DNA of 48,771 nucleotides, counting the filler, from Catajapyx aquilonaris (Eukaryota): the NCBI GenBank assembly GCA_000934665.2. It is 3 parts of 3 records of this genome, joined end to end, with 100 filler letters (N's around TTAATTAATTAA, not from the genome) between each part and the next. Parts side by side here need not be neighbours in the genome. Positions count along the whole stretch, not along the records: positions 1 to 16,175 come from JYFJ02007266.1; 2 more parts are not named here. The stretch is one strand, 5' to 3'. Of the stretch, positions 1-13,139 are shown one piece after another (position 1 is the stretch's first letter; each line of letters opens with the position of its first letter). The notes beneath the pieces are model-generated. The model saw nothing but the letters and a program-made list of their open reading frames with translations, ran no database searches and had not been told where the DNA came from. The position numbers and the translations under genes were made by a program.

Positions 1-215
1 CACCCCTCCGGATTTTTTTCTGTGGGGTGCCATGGAAGCATTGGTTTACGAGACGCCGGTGCCCACCGAACAGGACTTGATTGCGCGAGTCGTAATGGCC
101 GCAGAGGCCATTAGGCAGCCTCAGGAAGTCTTCGAACGAATACGAGCAGCGTGGAAGGCACGCATTCAAAAAATGCATTGAAGTCGATGGGCGGCATTTC
201 GAGCACCTTTTGTAA
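1..215 (+). mobile_element. Tc1/mariner-superfamily transposase C-terminal remnant (rosa/DD41D-like)
   Basis: Frame 2 reads TPPDFFLWGAMEALVYETPVPTEQDLIARV...; after a 1-nt frameshift it ends KCIEVDGRHFEHLL*. This matches the (SPDL)TPxDFFLWG...GxHFEHLL C-terminus. Confidence 0.85.
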
Positions 216-804
216 CGCATGGTAATAATAATGTACCGGTACGTATATAAAGAAAATTGTGTTTCACAATTTGTAGATGTCTAAATATTTAAGCGTACCT
301 GATTATTATTTCAGCTCCAAATAGACCGTGAGATCAGATTTGGCAGCTCAATGTCACAGATGGTGGAGGAGCTGAAAAAAATTCAAGAGGCCTATGCCTT
401 ACAATACTTAATTACAATACTTAATTATCATCCGTTTTGGCAATCTGGGCAACCTCCTGCACCACATGACAAATGTGTGCACACACATGCGCGGGATTGA
501 GATTGAGCCTCAAGTCAATCCTGCTCCTGACCACGTTTGAGGCGGGATTGAGACTTTGAGAGGTTGGCTAGTTGGGAGTCGGGGTAAATGGCCCCTGTGT
601 GTGTATGTGATGGTTTGGGGAAAGTGGACCATGTTTTTGACCGGCTTGAAGCCTGCGTACGGCAATGGAAGTAGATAAAAAATGATTCAAGTGTAAAAAC
701 ATCCTGATACAACAAGAGGCAAATACTATGTTGTAAATATTCGGGCCTAACTTTGTATATGGCTTTATATGAATTCAAAATCAATCCAGATTCATGCGTG
801 CATC

Positions 805-1027
805 ATGACGGACGAGGAAGATTATTATGGAAACAAAACCCCACCCAGGAAAAAATCGAAGTACTCGAACTCGCAAAAGTTCACGTCACAGTGGGAAAAG
901 GAACTTCTTTTTCCATGGTTGGCTAAAACCAAGCAAAAAGGGGTCAACCTTTGCATACTGCAGTGCATGCAAGACTGACCTATTGGCTGGAAAGTCTGAA
1001 TTAACGAAACATGCGAGCAGCAGGTAG
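805..1027 (+). mobile_element. N-terminal zinc-finger fragment of a hAT-like transposase, frameshifted
   Basis: YSNSQKFTSQWEKE / GWLKPSKKGSTFAYCSACKTDLLAGKSELTKHASS, split over two frames. It has a W..W..CxxC..H BED/TTF-like pattern. Confidence 0.6.
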
Positions 1028-1181
1028 AATTCAATGAGAAAAAGGTTGTGGGGTATGTCGACCATGGCACTGGTGTTTCTGATGATGATAGTAATAAATA
1101 GGTTGTGCAAGGGCTTTAAGTTGATGTATGCATTGGTGCTTCTCCCCTGCAAAAGGGTGGTTGACCCCGCAGGCTAATAAA

Positions 1182-1214
<33 letters not shown>
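1182..1214. repeat. (ATT)n microsatellite
   Basis: About 11 perfect ATT units. Confidence 0.95.
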
Positions 1215-1595
1215 GCCTCTACCCTCGTCACACAAGTACTGCGTCAGGTTATATCATTGAACTTGTTTTCATGCCTGACTGCTCATGTGGTAACACGTGG
1301 GCCTGAAGAGAATCGCATGGCCTTGGTAACCAGACTCCTGGTTACAAAATATGTGCAAGTTCGTGTCCACCATGGTGTAAAGCAAAAAAAAATGCCTCTG
1401 TCACACTAAGGACCTCCCGATCACAATTGAACCAAGGAGCATATACTACATAAGAAGCGAAAACATTCTATTTCCGCGTCTCTCTGTTTGGGGCGTTTCC
1501 AAGGCTGGCGGCCATTTTGAAGTGTGGGCAACGCCAACGAGGTATAAATAGGGCAAGATAAGATAAAAGGAGATACAGGAGAAAGACTGGGGCAC

Positions 1596-2187
1596 ATGGA
1601 GGAGTTCAACCCGGCCCAACCGGCGGCCGGGTCAACGTATGCAGAACGACTGGGGTTCTACTTCGAGGCAAATGGGGTGGAGGAAGCAACAAAAAGAGGG
1701 CACTCTTCTCCTCAATGTGTGGGGCGGACACGTACAACATCATTCGCTCCCTTCTCCAGCGCCTCAAGTTCCACAAGCGAGAACAGGCTGCGGGGGAGAC
1801 CATAGCGGACTACATCGCAGCGCTACGGAGGCTCTCTGACAACTGCGAATTCGGGGCGGGGCTGGACGACATGCTGCGAGATCGACTGGCGTGTGGGGTG
1901 CTGGAATCTGCCATGCAGCGACGCTTGCTGGGGGAATCGACCGTGACTTTCGCGAAGGCCCAGGCAGCAAGGCCGCGGCAGCAGGGAGGACAGAGGTTAG
2001 CACACATCAAGTGGGAACCAGAACCAAGCAGGAGAGGGATGCAGCGCAGAAGCCATGCTTCAGGTGCGGTGGGCCCCACGCAGGAACGGAATGCCGGTTC
2101 CAAAAGACGACCTGCAACTTCTGCAGGAAGGTCGGGCCCCTGGACAAGGTATGTCTCAGCAAGCGGCGGGGACAGAAGAAGCAGTAG
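1596..2187 (+). mobile_element. Ty3/Gypsy gag remnant with zinc knuckles
   Basis: MEEFNP..YAERLGFYFEANGV; FHKREQAAGETIADYIAALRRLSDNCEFG..LDDMLRDRLACG; CFRCGGPH..ECRFQKTTCNFCRKVG..KVC. Spread over three frames with internal deletions. Confidence 0.9.
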
Positions 2188-2670
2188 GAAGACTGACAAC
2201 ACACGCAGACGGCGGGGGGCTGCAGGGCGGTGCCAGCGGAGCTCGACCAAGACGAATACGAGCTGCACCTGGTCGCATCGGCAGAGCAAATTGGGCGCGG
2301 ATTGGCCGGAGATTTTTTAAAAGTTTTTAAACATTTTAATTAAAAGTAAAATAATACGATAATGTTTCCATAAATGCTAATTTATCCAGGTTGGTACGAT
2401 GTTTCTGGGATCGAGATTTTCCAACTAAACGCTGAGTGGCAGCACTGCATTCCAATTAGGTGCTAATTGGTAACAGATCGCGGAGTAGAGACAAGTCCAG
2501 GATCGGTGTGGTAGCAGCTATTAACATGCGAAGGTATGTACAATACTTTCATTCAGATATCTGGTGTCGCTATATATACGGTATAATTATTTATTTAAGA
2601 GACTCGAGCTCCCTGTTACGTGGCATAGTTGCATAAAAAATGCCTAAAACTCATGTTACTCCTACTGAAC

Positions 2671-2990
2671 CTGATGAGGTTCAAACCCCTGATATTGACT
2701 GGGATATATGTGTGGTGTGCCAACAAGAAACCCCTGGAAAAGTTTGCACAGCAAGCAAGAATCCGAGGGAATGTGGGAAAGGTTATGAGTCACTGTCAAG
2801 GAATCTACCAGCTTTTTAGAACATTGGTGCCTTACCTTTGGCTACGGATCTGTCAAAACTTGACAATGGATCAGGGATGAAAGCGACACTCCTGACGAAC
2901 AAGGCTGTGCGGCATAAGACATGTTACCTAAAGGTCAACAACACCAAATTGGCTAGGGCGCAGGCGAAGACTCGACAGGAGGCACAAGGT
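2671..2990 (+). mobile_element. Degenerate N-terminal fragment of a TE-like protein (possibly Academ transposase)
   Basis: IDWDICVVCQQE...GYESLSRNL..F*NIGALP..LSKLDNGSGMKATLLTNKAVRHKTCYLKVNNTKLARA, with a stop and a frameshift. The superfamily assignment is from memory and tentative. Confidence 0.45.
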
Positions 2991-3886
2991 TCGATGCCCT
3001 CACCGACTAAAACTCGGAGAATGTGCAGCCACATATGTGCACGGTGCAGGCCTCTGCCTCACTCCTTGCCCACCCCTTACATATAGGGGAGGAGGAAGAA
3101 GGTTTTTTTCTAATCGGACCTTGGCAGACGTTATCAAGGGTGAGTATTTTTTTCAACTATACAGCATTGGGCAACATATGGTGGTTTTGCTATGTGGATG
3201 CAAATATGCAGCTAGGTTGAATATCTTAATAATGTAGTTAATAAATCATACATTATCAGTACTGCATTTATTGCTATATGTTTCTAAAAATGCCACGGAT
3301 CTTGAGTACAGCAAGTCTGCTGACATATACATGTAAAATTAATCAATGCACATGAAAAATAATACATACCCGCATGAATGTCTACTTGTGTCATGGTGTA
3401 GGATACCGCATATCCATATAAATAGAGTTCATCAAAATATGGCCCTCTAAATTGATGCTACGCCCAGTGACGTGGAGAAAGAAGTCAAGGAATGGCTGCG
3501 CCACGCAAAGGCCAGGGCCGCTGCTGCAAAAGCCAGGGTTGGCAATGACGAAATGGAACAATCTTCCCTTTAATAAATACCTCCCTAGCCACATATGTAG
3601 AGGGGCTCCTTGCCCAGCAGTGTACAACCCCCCCATGTATGTAACGCGAAATCGTCCAAATGTGGACTTGGGACCTTTGGAAACTGAACGTTTATTTCAA
3701 TTTAACTTATTAGTTTTGACTCTTACAAATTTGTATTATGCAGAGATCATAAAATTATGCTGACCGAGACATTATTGTAGCCATAATTATATTATTGTGT
3801 TTCAGAGGTTCATTCTTTTTCTTGTGTGTTGCGTGTCATTACCCTTATCATTGTCAACACATGTGTATTCAAGAGGATTGAAATAA

Positions 3887-4200
3887 ATGATAGTACACCC
3901 TCCTTACTCCCCAGACCTCGCCCCCAGTGACTTTCACTTGTTCGGGCCTATGAAGAAGCCATTGCGAGGCCACCACTTCAGTGATGCGGAATCCCTGGAC
4001 GCAGCTGTCCGGCAGTGGGTGCGCAGTGTTCCTAAAAGTTGGTTCGCAGAAGGTATCAGGAAGCTGCCAAAACGTTGAGAAAAGTGTATCGCTTTGAAGG
4101 GAGATTATGTGGAGAAGACGTAGGTGTCAATTTCGTAAAATAAAAATTTCTTGTGCCAAAAAAAAAAATGTAAAGACTTTCGGAACCCCCCCCCCTCGTA
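3887..4200 (+). mobile_element. mariner (DD34D-type) 3' end: transposase C-terminus plus probable right TIR
   Basis: HPPYSPDLAPSDFHLFGPMKKPLRGHHF...FAEGIRKLPKR*EKCIALKGDYVEK. A TIR-like end ...actttcggaacccccccctcgta ends in TA. Confidence 0.9.
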
Positions 4201-4257
4201 TGTATTAGATTGCTACTTATTGTTTAGTGCACATATACATGTTATGAGGCCGATCAT

Positions 4258-4560
4258 GTGCTACAAACCTCTGCAAGTGGCCATGTCACGAGCCGGTTCT
4301 GGGGCTGCATGTGGGCGGGGGGTTCAATTGCTCTCTCAGAACACTCTCCTGGGATGAACGCATTGGAGTACTGCGACATCCTGGAACAGGTGCTCCTACC
4401 GTCCAAGACAACGCCTCCAGCCACACTGCCAGTATCACCAAGGACTGGCTGGAGGACCACCCCCACATCAGTTTCCTGGACTGGCCACCATGCTCACCTG
4501 ACTTGAACCCAATTGAGCACGTGTGGGCCACAGCTGTGTGTGAATGGGACAACAGGCACG
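4258..4560 (+). mobile_element. Tc1-type transposase catalytic fragment
   Basis: FWGCMWAGG..MNALEYCDILEQVLLP, then after a frameshift VQDNASSHT...WPPCSPDLNPIEHVW. The D-to-E spacing is 35 residues. Confidence 0.9.
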
Positions 4561-5235
4561 AGCGGACAGCCGATCTCCCGTCCCAAGGCAAAACCCACTA
4601 TATGCAGTTTTGCCCGAAAATGAGTTACACACGCAACGTGAAAGGCCGCATCAAGGCGCACATATAGCTTTTTTTGCCATCGTCCTCCCACAATCCCACG
4701 CCGAGAAAAACGTGTGGCAAAACCCAGAAAAGCATCACCTCCGCTTGGCAGAACACGTTATATGCAATCAACCAATCCTGTGTCCTCCTGGGCCCCACGT
4801 GACAAGATGGCCACCAATGCTATTTCACGGTAGTTCGTGGGTCCCATTAGGCCAATTTTTGGCAATTTATTCTGCAGGCCCTTCTCGGCTGATCTCCACT
4901 ACATTAGGTAAGAAGGAACCCTGACACATAAGGATAATGATCTGATGACGTCACACTCAATGGCGGCCTTTTGAATTCAATATTCCAAGGCGATCGGAAA
5001 CGGTGGGATTTTAGGGCACCATTCATCATTCGGCGGTCGGAACGGCTGGCTGCAAAGCCGAGCCTCAACCCATTAGCACGCCCCAGATACGAGGGCCGAT
5101 ACGTCTGGCACCCTGCCTGGGGCCCGCAGCCACGCGCACAGTAAAACCAAATAAGAAGAGCTGACACCCCACAAGATCTGACACCCCTTAGGTACTGATA
5201 ACAAGTCACATCACGTCAGGCAGTCGAAGGGTCGA

Positions 5236-6380
5236 AGGGGCATCAAAGAAAACCGTGTGGGAGTGATTGCACTGCACAAGTGCAGGAAATCACCAAATGA
5301 GATTTTCAAGCTCCTGAAGCCGCTGCAAATATCGAAGAAAGTTCATCGTACCATCAAATGATACAATCAACTGTCCTCTCTGGATGACAGACCAAGAGCT
5401 GGTCGTCCACGTGTATCAAGAACGCCAGCAGCTGCTAAAGCAGTTGCCGAGAGAATTCGCAGAAATCCTCTCCGCAAACCGAAGATAATGGCAAGAGAGA
5501 TGAAGATTCCGACAAGAACCATGTCTCGCATCATCAAAGACGACCTGAGGCTTGGGGCTTACCGGAGAAGCACAGGACAACGACTTAAAACATCAGGGCA
5601 ACGAGATCGAAAAAGGTTGTTGGAGCAGCACGCAAACGGAGGGCACCGCAAAATCCTGTCTTCAGACGAGAAAATTTTTATGATAGAGGAAAAATTAAAT
5701 CGTCAAAATGACAGAGTACACAACTCCCAAGAAGCTGCTAAGAAGATTCCCAAGGTGGAGAGAGGTCATCATCCAGCATCAGTGATGGTTTGGTGGGGAA
5801 TGTTGTACGATGAAGTCACAAAACCGCATTTTTGTGAAAAAGAAGTGAAAACTAAAGCTGTGAATTACCAAGTTGACATCTTGGAGAAGGTAGTGAAACC
5901 ACTCAACTATACCATGTTTTCTGGACGCCATTGGATCTTCCAGCAGGACTCCGCACCACCACACAAAGCCAAGACCACACAACGTTGGCTGCAGTCGAAA
6001 TTGCCGGGTTTAATCTCTACTGAAGATTGGCCTTCAGGAAGTCCCGATCTGAACCCTTTGGATTATCGACTGTCGGGACATATTGGAGGAGAGGGTCTGC
6101 TCTAAACCTCACCAGAACATTGAGTGTCTTAAAGCAAAGCTGGTCAAGGTACGTAGCAGCTTCGATACCCATGGAAGTGGTGCGTGCTGCAATTCATGGA
6201 TGGCCTGACCGTTTGAAGAAGTGTGTGAAAGTAAAGGGTTGGCATTTTGAGTAATATAATTTTTTTTGTATCGCAAAATGTCGCAAGAATAAGCCAGATA
6301 TAAATATTGACTAATGTATTACATTTTAAGAAAGATAAACACCTTTTAGTAGGGGACAGAATTTATGGCATGACTAGGTA
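5236..6380 (+). mobile_element. maT (DD37D) transposon, near full-length transposase with stops/frameshift and a right TIR-like end
   Basis: HTH region (DRPRAGRPR..RIRRNP), SDEKIF, HHPASVMVWWG, FQQDSAPPH...WPSGSPDLNPLDY with exactly 37 residues between the last two D, C-terminus WPDRLKKCVKVKGWHFE*. 3' end acagaatttatggcatgactaggta; no left TIR seen. Confidence 0.92.
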
Positions 6381-7099
6381 CTAACTGGCAAGGAGACGTC
6401 GTCACAAAGAGGCAAACTGGTGACGATTGCAGGTACATATTATATAATATTATACAATATAATATAACCATAAGTAACAGGTTGAACAATACAATGCTAT
6501 GTAATAGACTTTACTAAATATAGGGGAGGCCGCTGGCGGTCACGATAGTGAGAGGACGTGCCGAAAGTAGCTCTGGAAATAAGTGGCGTGCAAGGTCACC
6601 GATAATGGCGGGCATAGACGAGATCCGGGGTAGTATCACCGAACTAAAGGTGGTCATCATGGGGCAGATTGATGACAAATTAGCGACAGTGGTCCAAGAA
6701 CCGAGGATGTCATGGGAAAAGGACAGTTTGGCACCCACGGCTGGGAAATGGTTCCTAGAGGTACCCAAAGATGGCTTTGCTCAGGTCATTTCGATTGTAA
6801 TGATGTTTCAAACGGTTGGCCTACAATAAAATTTTGTTTTTGAAAAAGGAAAAAAGCGTGTACAAATTTTGACTTGGACATTTCAGAAGGGGTTGTGCAG
6901 GTTCTTTCCCCCTCATAGGTGATTTACAGGAGATCCTAGATGTCCAACATAGCTGTGACTTGCATTGGAGGCTGAAAAGTCTGGGATTTTAAGCGCGACA
7001 GGTCGTCGCCGGGTGACGAACGCTCAACCCATGCAAGCATCAACTGGCATAGAAGGATTAGACACGTCACTTCGTTCGGGGAGTGTCCTTCCCAAATAA

Positions 7100-8235
7100 A
7101 AGGACACGACGACATGGGGAGGCTCTCACTACTCCCCGAGAAGGACTACTAACCACATAGTAGTCAGCCAGCCACACAAAAAGCTGTATAATACCAATCG
7201 GGGAACAGGTTTACATGGACAACCCGATAAGGCATACAAACCAATTTTTCGAAATTTAATTACGCATAACACAGCCTATAAAATTCCAGCTTCATTCCCG
7301 GAATTTCGTGCTTTTTCCATACTCAAAAGGACAGTAAGTTATACATTTAGTAAAAAAGAAGTTGGAACGAAGCGGGGCGTAACACGACGCCTACAGCAAC
7401 ATGGCAAACAACGAATGTCCATTGAAAACAAAGCAGCCCTGAATTGGATAAAATCGTGCTCTCCAATAGTCATTAAAACAGCAGATAAAGGCTTTGGGTT
7501 GTGCTGTATGCCACGGGAATTCTATGTGCAGAAAATGAAAGAATTACTAGCAGGTGAACTCTATTTAGCTGTTGGACACATAACTGAATTGGACCACGAA
7601 TTACTGGTATTCCATAAAAATTGTTATGAAAGTATGCTCGCTTTCTTGCCTACACTTAGAAACAAAGTATTAACAGACTTTAAGTTAGTTAATCAGTTCT
7701 TGGCACTAGATCATATTACAGTTCCATTAGTATATGGTGTCCCAAAATTACATAAATTAGGACTTAATCACCCAAAGGAATTGGTACTCAGACCCATAGT
7801 ACAAGGTATGCATTCAGTGGCAGGGCGAGTTAGTGCAGTATTGGTACATGTGTTAAGACCACTTATGCAATTCGTAAACTACCAATTGTTTTGTCCAGAT
7901 CAACTCCTCTCAACTTTTAACTCAAATTTTGTAATACCCCCAAAATATGAATTATTCACCCTTGATGTTACAGCAATGTACCCATCAATGGACCTACATT
8001 TGGTTAGATCAACAATGAAAATTTTTCATGCCACCTACAGTATAGATATAACCCGATAAGCAATTCAATACCCTTAACTGTATTTATGCAATTATTAGAT
8101 TTGGTCCTTGTGGCAACGCTATTGCGTTTCGGTAATCAGATTTATGTTCAGCGAAGTGGTGTACCTATGGGCAATGCATTGTCGCCAATACTTGCCATTG
8201 TGTATATGAATTCGTTCGAAACGGAATTTATTGCC
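7100..8235 (+). mobile_element. Penelope-like element reverse transcriptase fragment
   Basis: IKTADKG, YGVPKLHK..LRPIV, FTLDVTAMYPSM, FGNQIYVQRSGVPMGNALSPILAIVYM. The frame is open from 7100 to a stop at 8057-8059; the fragment is truncated before the YxDD motif. Confidence 0.88.
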
Positions 8236-8299
8236 GTAAGACGTAAAGCTGTAAGGTGCAATGGGGTTGTGACATTCATATGCAGCAATACAAGTTAAA

Positions 8300-8650
8300 C
8301 AGAAATGAAGTAATTTAATTACCATTGGATCCCAGACGTCCCGTTTCATTTACAAACTTCGATGTGGATCCATATACAGAGGGAACTGGTCATGGCTGCA
8401 GGAGGAGGACAGAAGTTGTCTATTGTGTGGAGAGGGAAGGGAAACGATGGAGCATATAGTGAGAGATTGCAGGGAGATGGAAAAGGAAAGGACGGATTGG
8501 CTGCAGGGGGTGGAACACAAGCGTGGGGCCGACGTCTACCAATATGTGAATGATGTTAAAAAAAGGGGGGCACTATGTAAATACCTGCACAATCTAGTTA
8601 AAAAGAGAAAGGACAAGGTTTTGGAGAAGATAGGGGAGGGGGTTGTGTAG
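8300..8650 (+). mobile_element. non-LTR retrotransposon (LINE) ORF2 C-terminal CCHC fragment
   Basis: KLRCGSI...DRSCLLCGEGRETMEHIVRDC..ER = CX2CX8HX4C knuckle, followed by a stop and a purine-rich 3' region. Confidence 0.75.
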
Positions 8651-8875
8651 GCTGGACCGAGGGAAGATGAAGAAGGGGGGGAAAATGAAAAAAAGGGACA
8701 GGGAAGAGGGAAGACAGGGGAGGTGTGGTGGAAGAGATGAAGCGAGGGACCAGAAAGATATGTAGTGTTGTAGTATTGTACTGTAGCGGTAGCTACTGCC
8801 ACCTGGCGAGAGCCAGGGGGGTGAGAGGAAAATAAAGGAGAGAAGGCGGCAGTTGTCGGGGAATGGCTGGAGGGG

Positions 8876-9650
8876 GTGGAGTACGTATTGTTGCAAGGGT
8901 GTGTGGCGCCACGGACAGGGGTCCCTGGGCAGCTCCGGGGGGACGCCTTGTCATGGCAGCGCAGTGTGGGGGTCCGGTACACGGCATATGAAGTGTGGAG
9001 GGAGAGGTTCCTCGCATTTTTCTACACGGGCCGGGGCTGGCGGGACCGCATGGCGCAGCGGCAGCAGCGGCCGGGCGAGGACCTTTAACACTACATGATG
9101 GACATGCTTCATCTTTGCCAGCGGGCGGACCCAGACATGGGGGACAAGGAGCGGATCGAGAGAGTGGTCCAAGCGGCGTTGCCGGACGCGCGAGTGCAGC
9201 TCCACGACGCGAGACCACGGACGGTGGAGGAACTCTTGGACGCGGTGGTGGACCCGCAGGCGGTGCGGAGTCACCAGCTGTCCGGCGCGGGAGTCAGCCG
9301 AGAGACAGGGGACAGGCACCAACCTGGACAGTAAAGCTGCTCACTCCAGCATCTCCCTGGAGTTTCTGAATTCCATCCCTACTGAACAACGCCCACCGAT
9401 CCGAACGGAGCGAAGCAACGTCCATCTGATCGAAAATCAAATACTCCGCCCCGTTGGACGGATCATCTTGCCGTTGAACATGGGAGGACTGGTGATACGA
9501 AAGGAGTTGCTGATATTGGAGACTCTATCCCTGCCACTGGTGCTGGGAGCTGATTTTCTCCTTCGTTGGGAGTGTTGCATGGACGTTGGCCGGAGACTGC
9601 TGATCGGCACGATACCATGGGAAGATACCACCTCCCACGAACGGCGGTCA
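8876..9650 (+). mobile_element. Second Ty3/Gypsy remnant: gag capsid plus aspartic protease C-terminal half
   Basis: LRGDALSW...WRERFLAFF...RQQRPGEDL*HYMMDMLHLCQRADPDM...PRTVEEL; protease tail LSLPLVLGADFLLRW. Confidence 0.82.
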
Positions 9651-9939
9651 TTTGCAGTGCGCCTTCGTGTCTTCCGGGACGTGCCTGAGACCTACATCCC
9701 TGTGGGGTCGCCCGCAGATCCAACGCCTCCACCCAACGCTGTGAGCCAAGCAGCCCCAAGACCCATGACAACCCCGGTGATCGTAGAGGTAGACTCGTCA
9801 CCTGAAGGATCAGACGAGTAAGTTCAGGAGAAAAGAAAAAGAAGCCCTTCTTGGTTCATACCCACTGACCTTGTTTACAGACTTAGTGAAACTCAGTGAT
9901 ATTTCGTGATTAGGAAGCTTTGGAAGATGTGCAACAACA

Positions 9940-10720
9940 GCTTTGACAAACTGGAAGTGAAGTAAACTACAATATGTTTCGGAATACAATTTGCTGAGGA
10001 CTTTAACATAGGGTTCTCACCACCAGCAGTTGATGTATGCAGTTTGTGTGAATGGCTAAACTACCAGATCCAGACGACGCAGGGTGGCGTCAAGATTGAT
10101 CGCATAGTGCAGAAACACATTCACACACCGCGCAACAAAGCATTTTACGGAATGCTCAAAGAAAGACCAGCAGACACATTACGGATTTCTATTGTCTTGC
10201 AACAGGTGCAGGCATGCAGCCACTCCAAAGCTAGCAATACGGGAGGAATTTTATGCACGTCAGCTTGGGTATTACACCATGGGATTTGTCGATATCAGCA
10301 TGTCATAAAATACCTGCACCTTGTACCAGTGGACATTGGCTGAAGCAGGGCGTGGATCAACAGAGGTGGGATCGTGCCTCTTCGATTACCTGAAGAAAGC
10401 CATAGAAAATGAAAGGCATGTCCTGGTCTTCGCGGATGGCTGTGGGGGACAAAATAAGAACTCTCACATTTTGCACATGATGTGCTGGCTCGAGAAGGAA
10501 GCACCAAAGTCCGTAAAAGATATGCTTCTTGTGTTTCCCGTTAGGAGACTCATTTCTTCCACAGGAGGGAGCCTTCGATCAAGTTGAAAAGAAGCTCAGA
10601 AAGATTAGCACAATCCTGTCCTCAGAAGACTATGAAAAGGTTAATGCAGAGGTTGCAGAAGTGCGCTACATTGGCAGAGATGGGAAATTATACGGCTGGA
10701 AACAGGCCTCCTGCATGTAA
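9940..10720 (+). mobile_element. Sola1-like DDD transposase remnant
   Basis: FNIGFSPPAVDVCSLC; YQWTLAEAGRGSTEVGSCL; VFADGCGGQNKN; VFPVR/GxSFLP..AF..VEKKLRK. Several frameshifts. Confidence 0.75.
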
Positions 10721-10959
10721 CCTACCGCCAATAAATGGGAGGACCCTCCTATTCAACACGTGGTGGAGTACGATTTTTAATTCCCTCTTTCAGTGTCACA
10801 ACATGTTGCAGCACCATGCACGAGGAGCTGATTAAGTAATATTTTGATTGTCGGAAATCATGTTCACGAACGCAGCATAGACCCGTTAATGGATGATTTA
10901 TGCACGTCGCGTCGCAGTTGTACCTGTGCCAATAAAAGACTGCAAATGCTCTCCGGTGG

Positions 10960-11040
10960 ATAATAAGAGCTACAGGGCTGCTTCCAATCTCTATAACGTA
11001 CCCCAGACCACTTTACATCGCCAAGTGCAGCAGAGACAAG
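10960..11040 (+). mobile_element. psq-type HTH fragment (pogo/Tigger-like transposase N-terminus)
   Basis: KSYRAASNLYNVPQTTLHRQV. Confidence 0.55.
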
Positions 11041-11313
11041 CCGGAGGTAAAGTTTTCTCTAACGTAGCCTACCTAAATCATGACATTTAGGGCCCACAGA
11101 CAGTCTCCATCATATTAATGCCTCTGTATTTGACCTTCACAGGCACTGTGGGCAAATTTTTTCCTCAATGCAAGAGGGAGAGCTGAAGAACCACATCCTG
11201 CTCCTGGAGGATCGAATGAGCCTGGCATTTCAATACGCTGAGGCAAACAATATCAACCACCCATTTTCTGTTGACACAAGTAAAAGCGAGGATCAGGGCT
11301 TGGACGGAGAGAC

Positions 11314-11906
11314 ATGAGGGACAGGCACGTTTTAGGAAGGGAAGAAGTACAATGGTTGTTGAACTCATTGGTGCAGCATAGACTCACTAAGAAGAGGGAG
11401 AAAACATCAAAAAAATTCTTCCACTTGGGTCTGAATCTACAACCCTTCGTTGTGGTGTGCGGTCCTTCGCCAGAGAACGTGGAAGCAAGTTATGTGGTTG
11501 TGGACAGTTACTACTACCTACTAAATTCACTCCTGCGTGCAGTGGATGCTTGTTTCACAATAATCCATGCATGCCATGCCGATTATTCTCCAGAAAGTTT
11601 TCGCCTCTGGAGGCTCATCCAAAGGGAGTTGTAAAACTTGGCAACACCCTTTGACGACAACAAAAAGGACCGCAAACTCCCCAGTTGCTCAGAAAATTCA
11701 AGTAAAATAGTTTAGAGCGCTTCTTGCTGTTTCTGATTGCCACCATGCCACGTTGCTACGAGTATAATTCTACTTGTGGAAGTGTAAAGGATTTGAAGAG
11801 GCACTTAAGATTCATTCAAAAGCTGGATGAAAATGATGTTCATAAGTGCGGGGAAAATTCGTGCTTTTATACTTCCAGCAATTGGAGAAGGCAAATTAAA
11901 TCTTGA
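11314..11906 (+). mobile_element. EnSpm/CACTA-like remnant: accessory-ORF C-terminus followed by a transposase N-terminal C2H2-like finger
   Basis: LQPFVVVCG..SYVVVD..Y..SLLRAVDACF..HADYSPES..LWRLIQ, then MPRCYE..SVKDLKRHLRFIQ..HKCGENSC. The family call is from recalled motif similarity. Confidence 0.55.
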
Positions 11907-12289
11907 AAGTGTATATACGTTGCATCATTTAAATCTAGCTTATGAAAAGGAGGTATTTCAGCTAAACAGTACAGTTGCTGTAGTAAAAGAATTACAGCTG
12001 CCGTGGCTAAAAATTCTCACTGAAAGGGATGGCAGGTTAACTCTATGCTGCAGGTCTAGGTAAATATTTTAGGGTCCCTCATCTAAAATGTTTTTGTTGC
12101 GACAGGTGTATCTTCCCTGTCTGCTAGAGCACGTTTGTTGGTCTCTCCCAGATGACAATGTCTGTGGCACAGTGGCAGGTAATATTCTGTTCCTGTATCT
12201 TTTATCTGTGGCAGATAAAGTTTTAGGAGCGTCATATAGAGCCAAAATTTATAGCTGAGGGAGCCATAATTGCATTTTCTTAAAGTGCG

Positions 12290-12575
12290 CCATTAAGTTC
12301 CAGAATGAGGTGATGGCAGCACACTGGCATTCTCAAACGCAATCATCAGTGACGATTTACACTGCAGTAGTATACTTCAGGGCATCTCCTGGGATTGTTG
12401 CGAAAAAATAATTTGCTATCATATCTGATGACATACAACATGGGACCCTTCAGGTCGCTGCATATCATGGCGCAATACTTACAGAATTGAAGAAAACAAC
12501 AGGTTTTACAACTGTTCATTTTTGGACAGATGGAGCTGCCCAACACTTCAAAAATTGGAAGGCATATATCGATCG
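12290..12575 (+). mobile_element. Sola2-like transposase fragment (absent from the ORF track because of an internal stop)
   Basis: Manual translation: FQNEVMAAHWHSQTQSSVTIYTAVVYF...*FAIISDDIQH...VHFWTDGAAQHFKN. Confidence 0.7.
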
Positions 12576-13139
12576 AGCCCAACCATCATCGATTTGGACG
12601 ACTCCCTGTCAGATGATGAATAAAGTGTGCAGTCAAATCACCAAGAAATGATATGCATCCACCGCCTATTGTGAACTGCATCATTTATCCAACAACACAT
12701 GGGTGAGTGCAAAAACACATGTGAGTGTAACAACACATGAGATTGTGAAAGTGAAAACAGACGCTATTTATTTTTTTTGGTCATCTCTGAAGTCCATGTG
12801 TTGGACCAAGTTCAGTCCGTTTGAGAATGTGATTTTGTATTTTTGGGGGCCCACTTGGAAACGCCGCGCCGTCAGTGAACTATACCGGGCTTATCCATGT
12901 GTGTGTGTTTTGTTATGTTTGTGAACATCCTCATATCGGCAAGGACACTTTCTGTTAACATTGATTTTGTTTGGCCTATCCGGCGCAAATCTTTGTCCGG
13001 AGGTATGTGACCGTTTTGACTTTCCGGTCAAATGCGGTACCTGTTTGCAACCTTGCCTTCTTTTCTTTTTGTTCCTTTTGTTCGACCGTTACATTTTGAG
13101 TGACGTTTCCCATCATGCCTTGCGATGTATCACTACCTA

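Noticed and set aside
6760..7100. Hammerhead ribozyme or pseudo-LTR expected near the Penelope-like RT
   Set aside because: No CTGANGA...GAAA core with supporting stems was found by eye.
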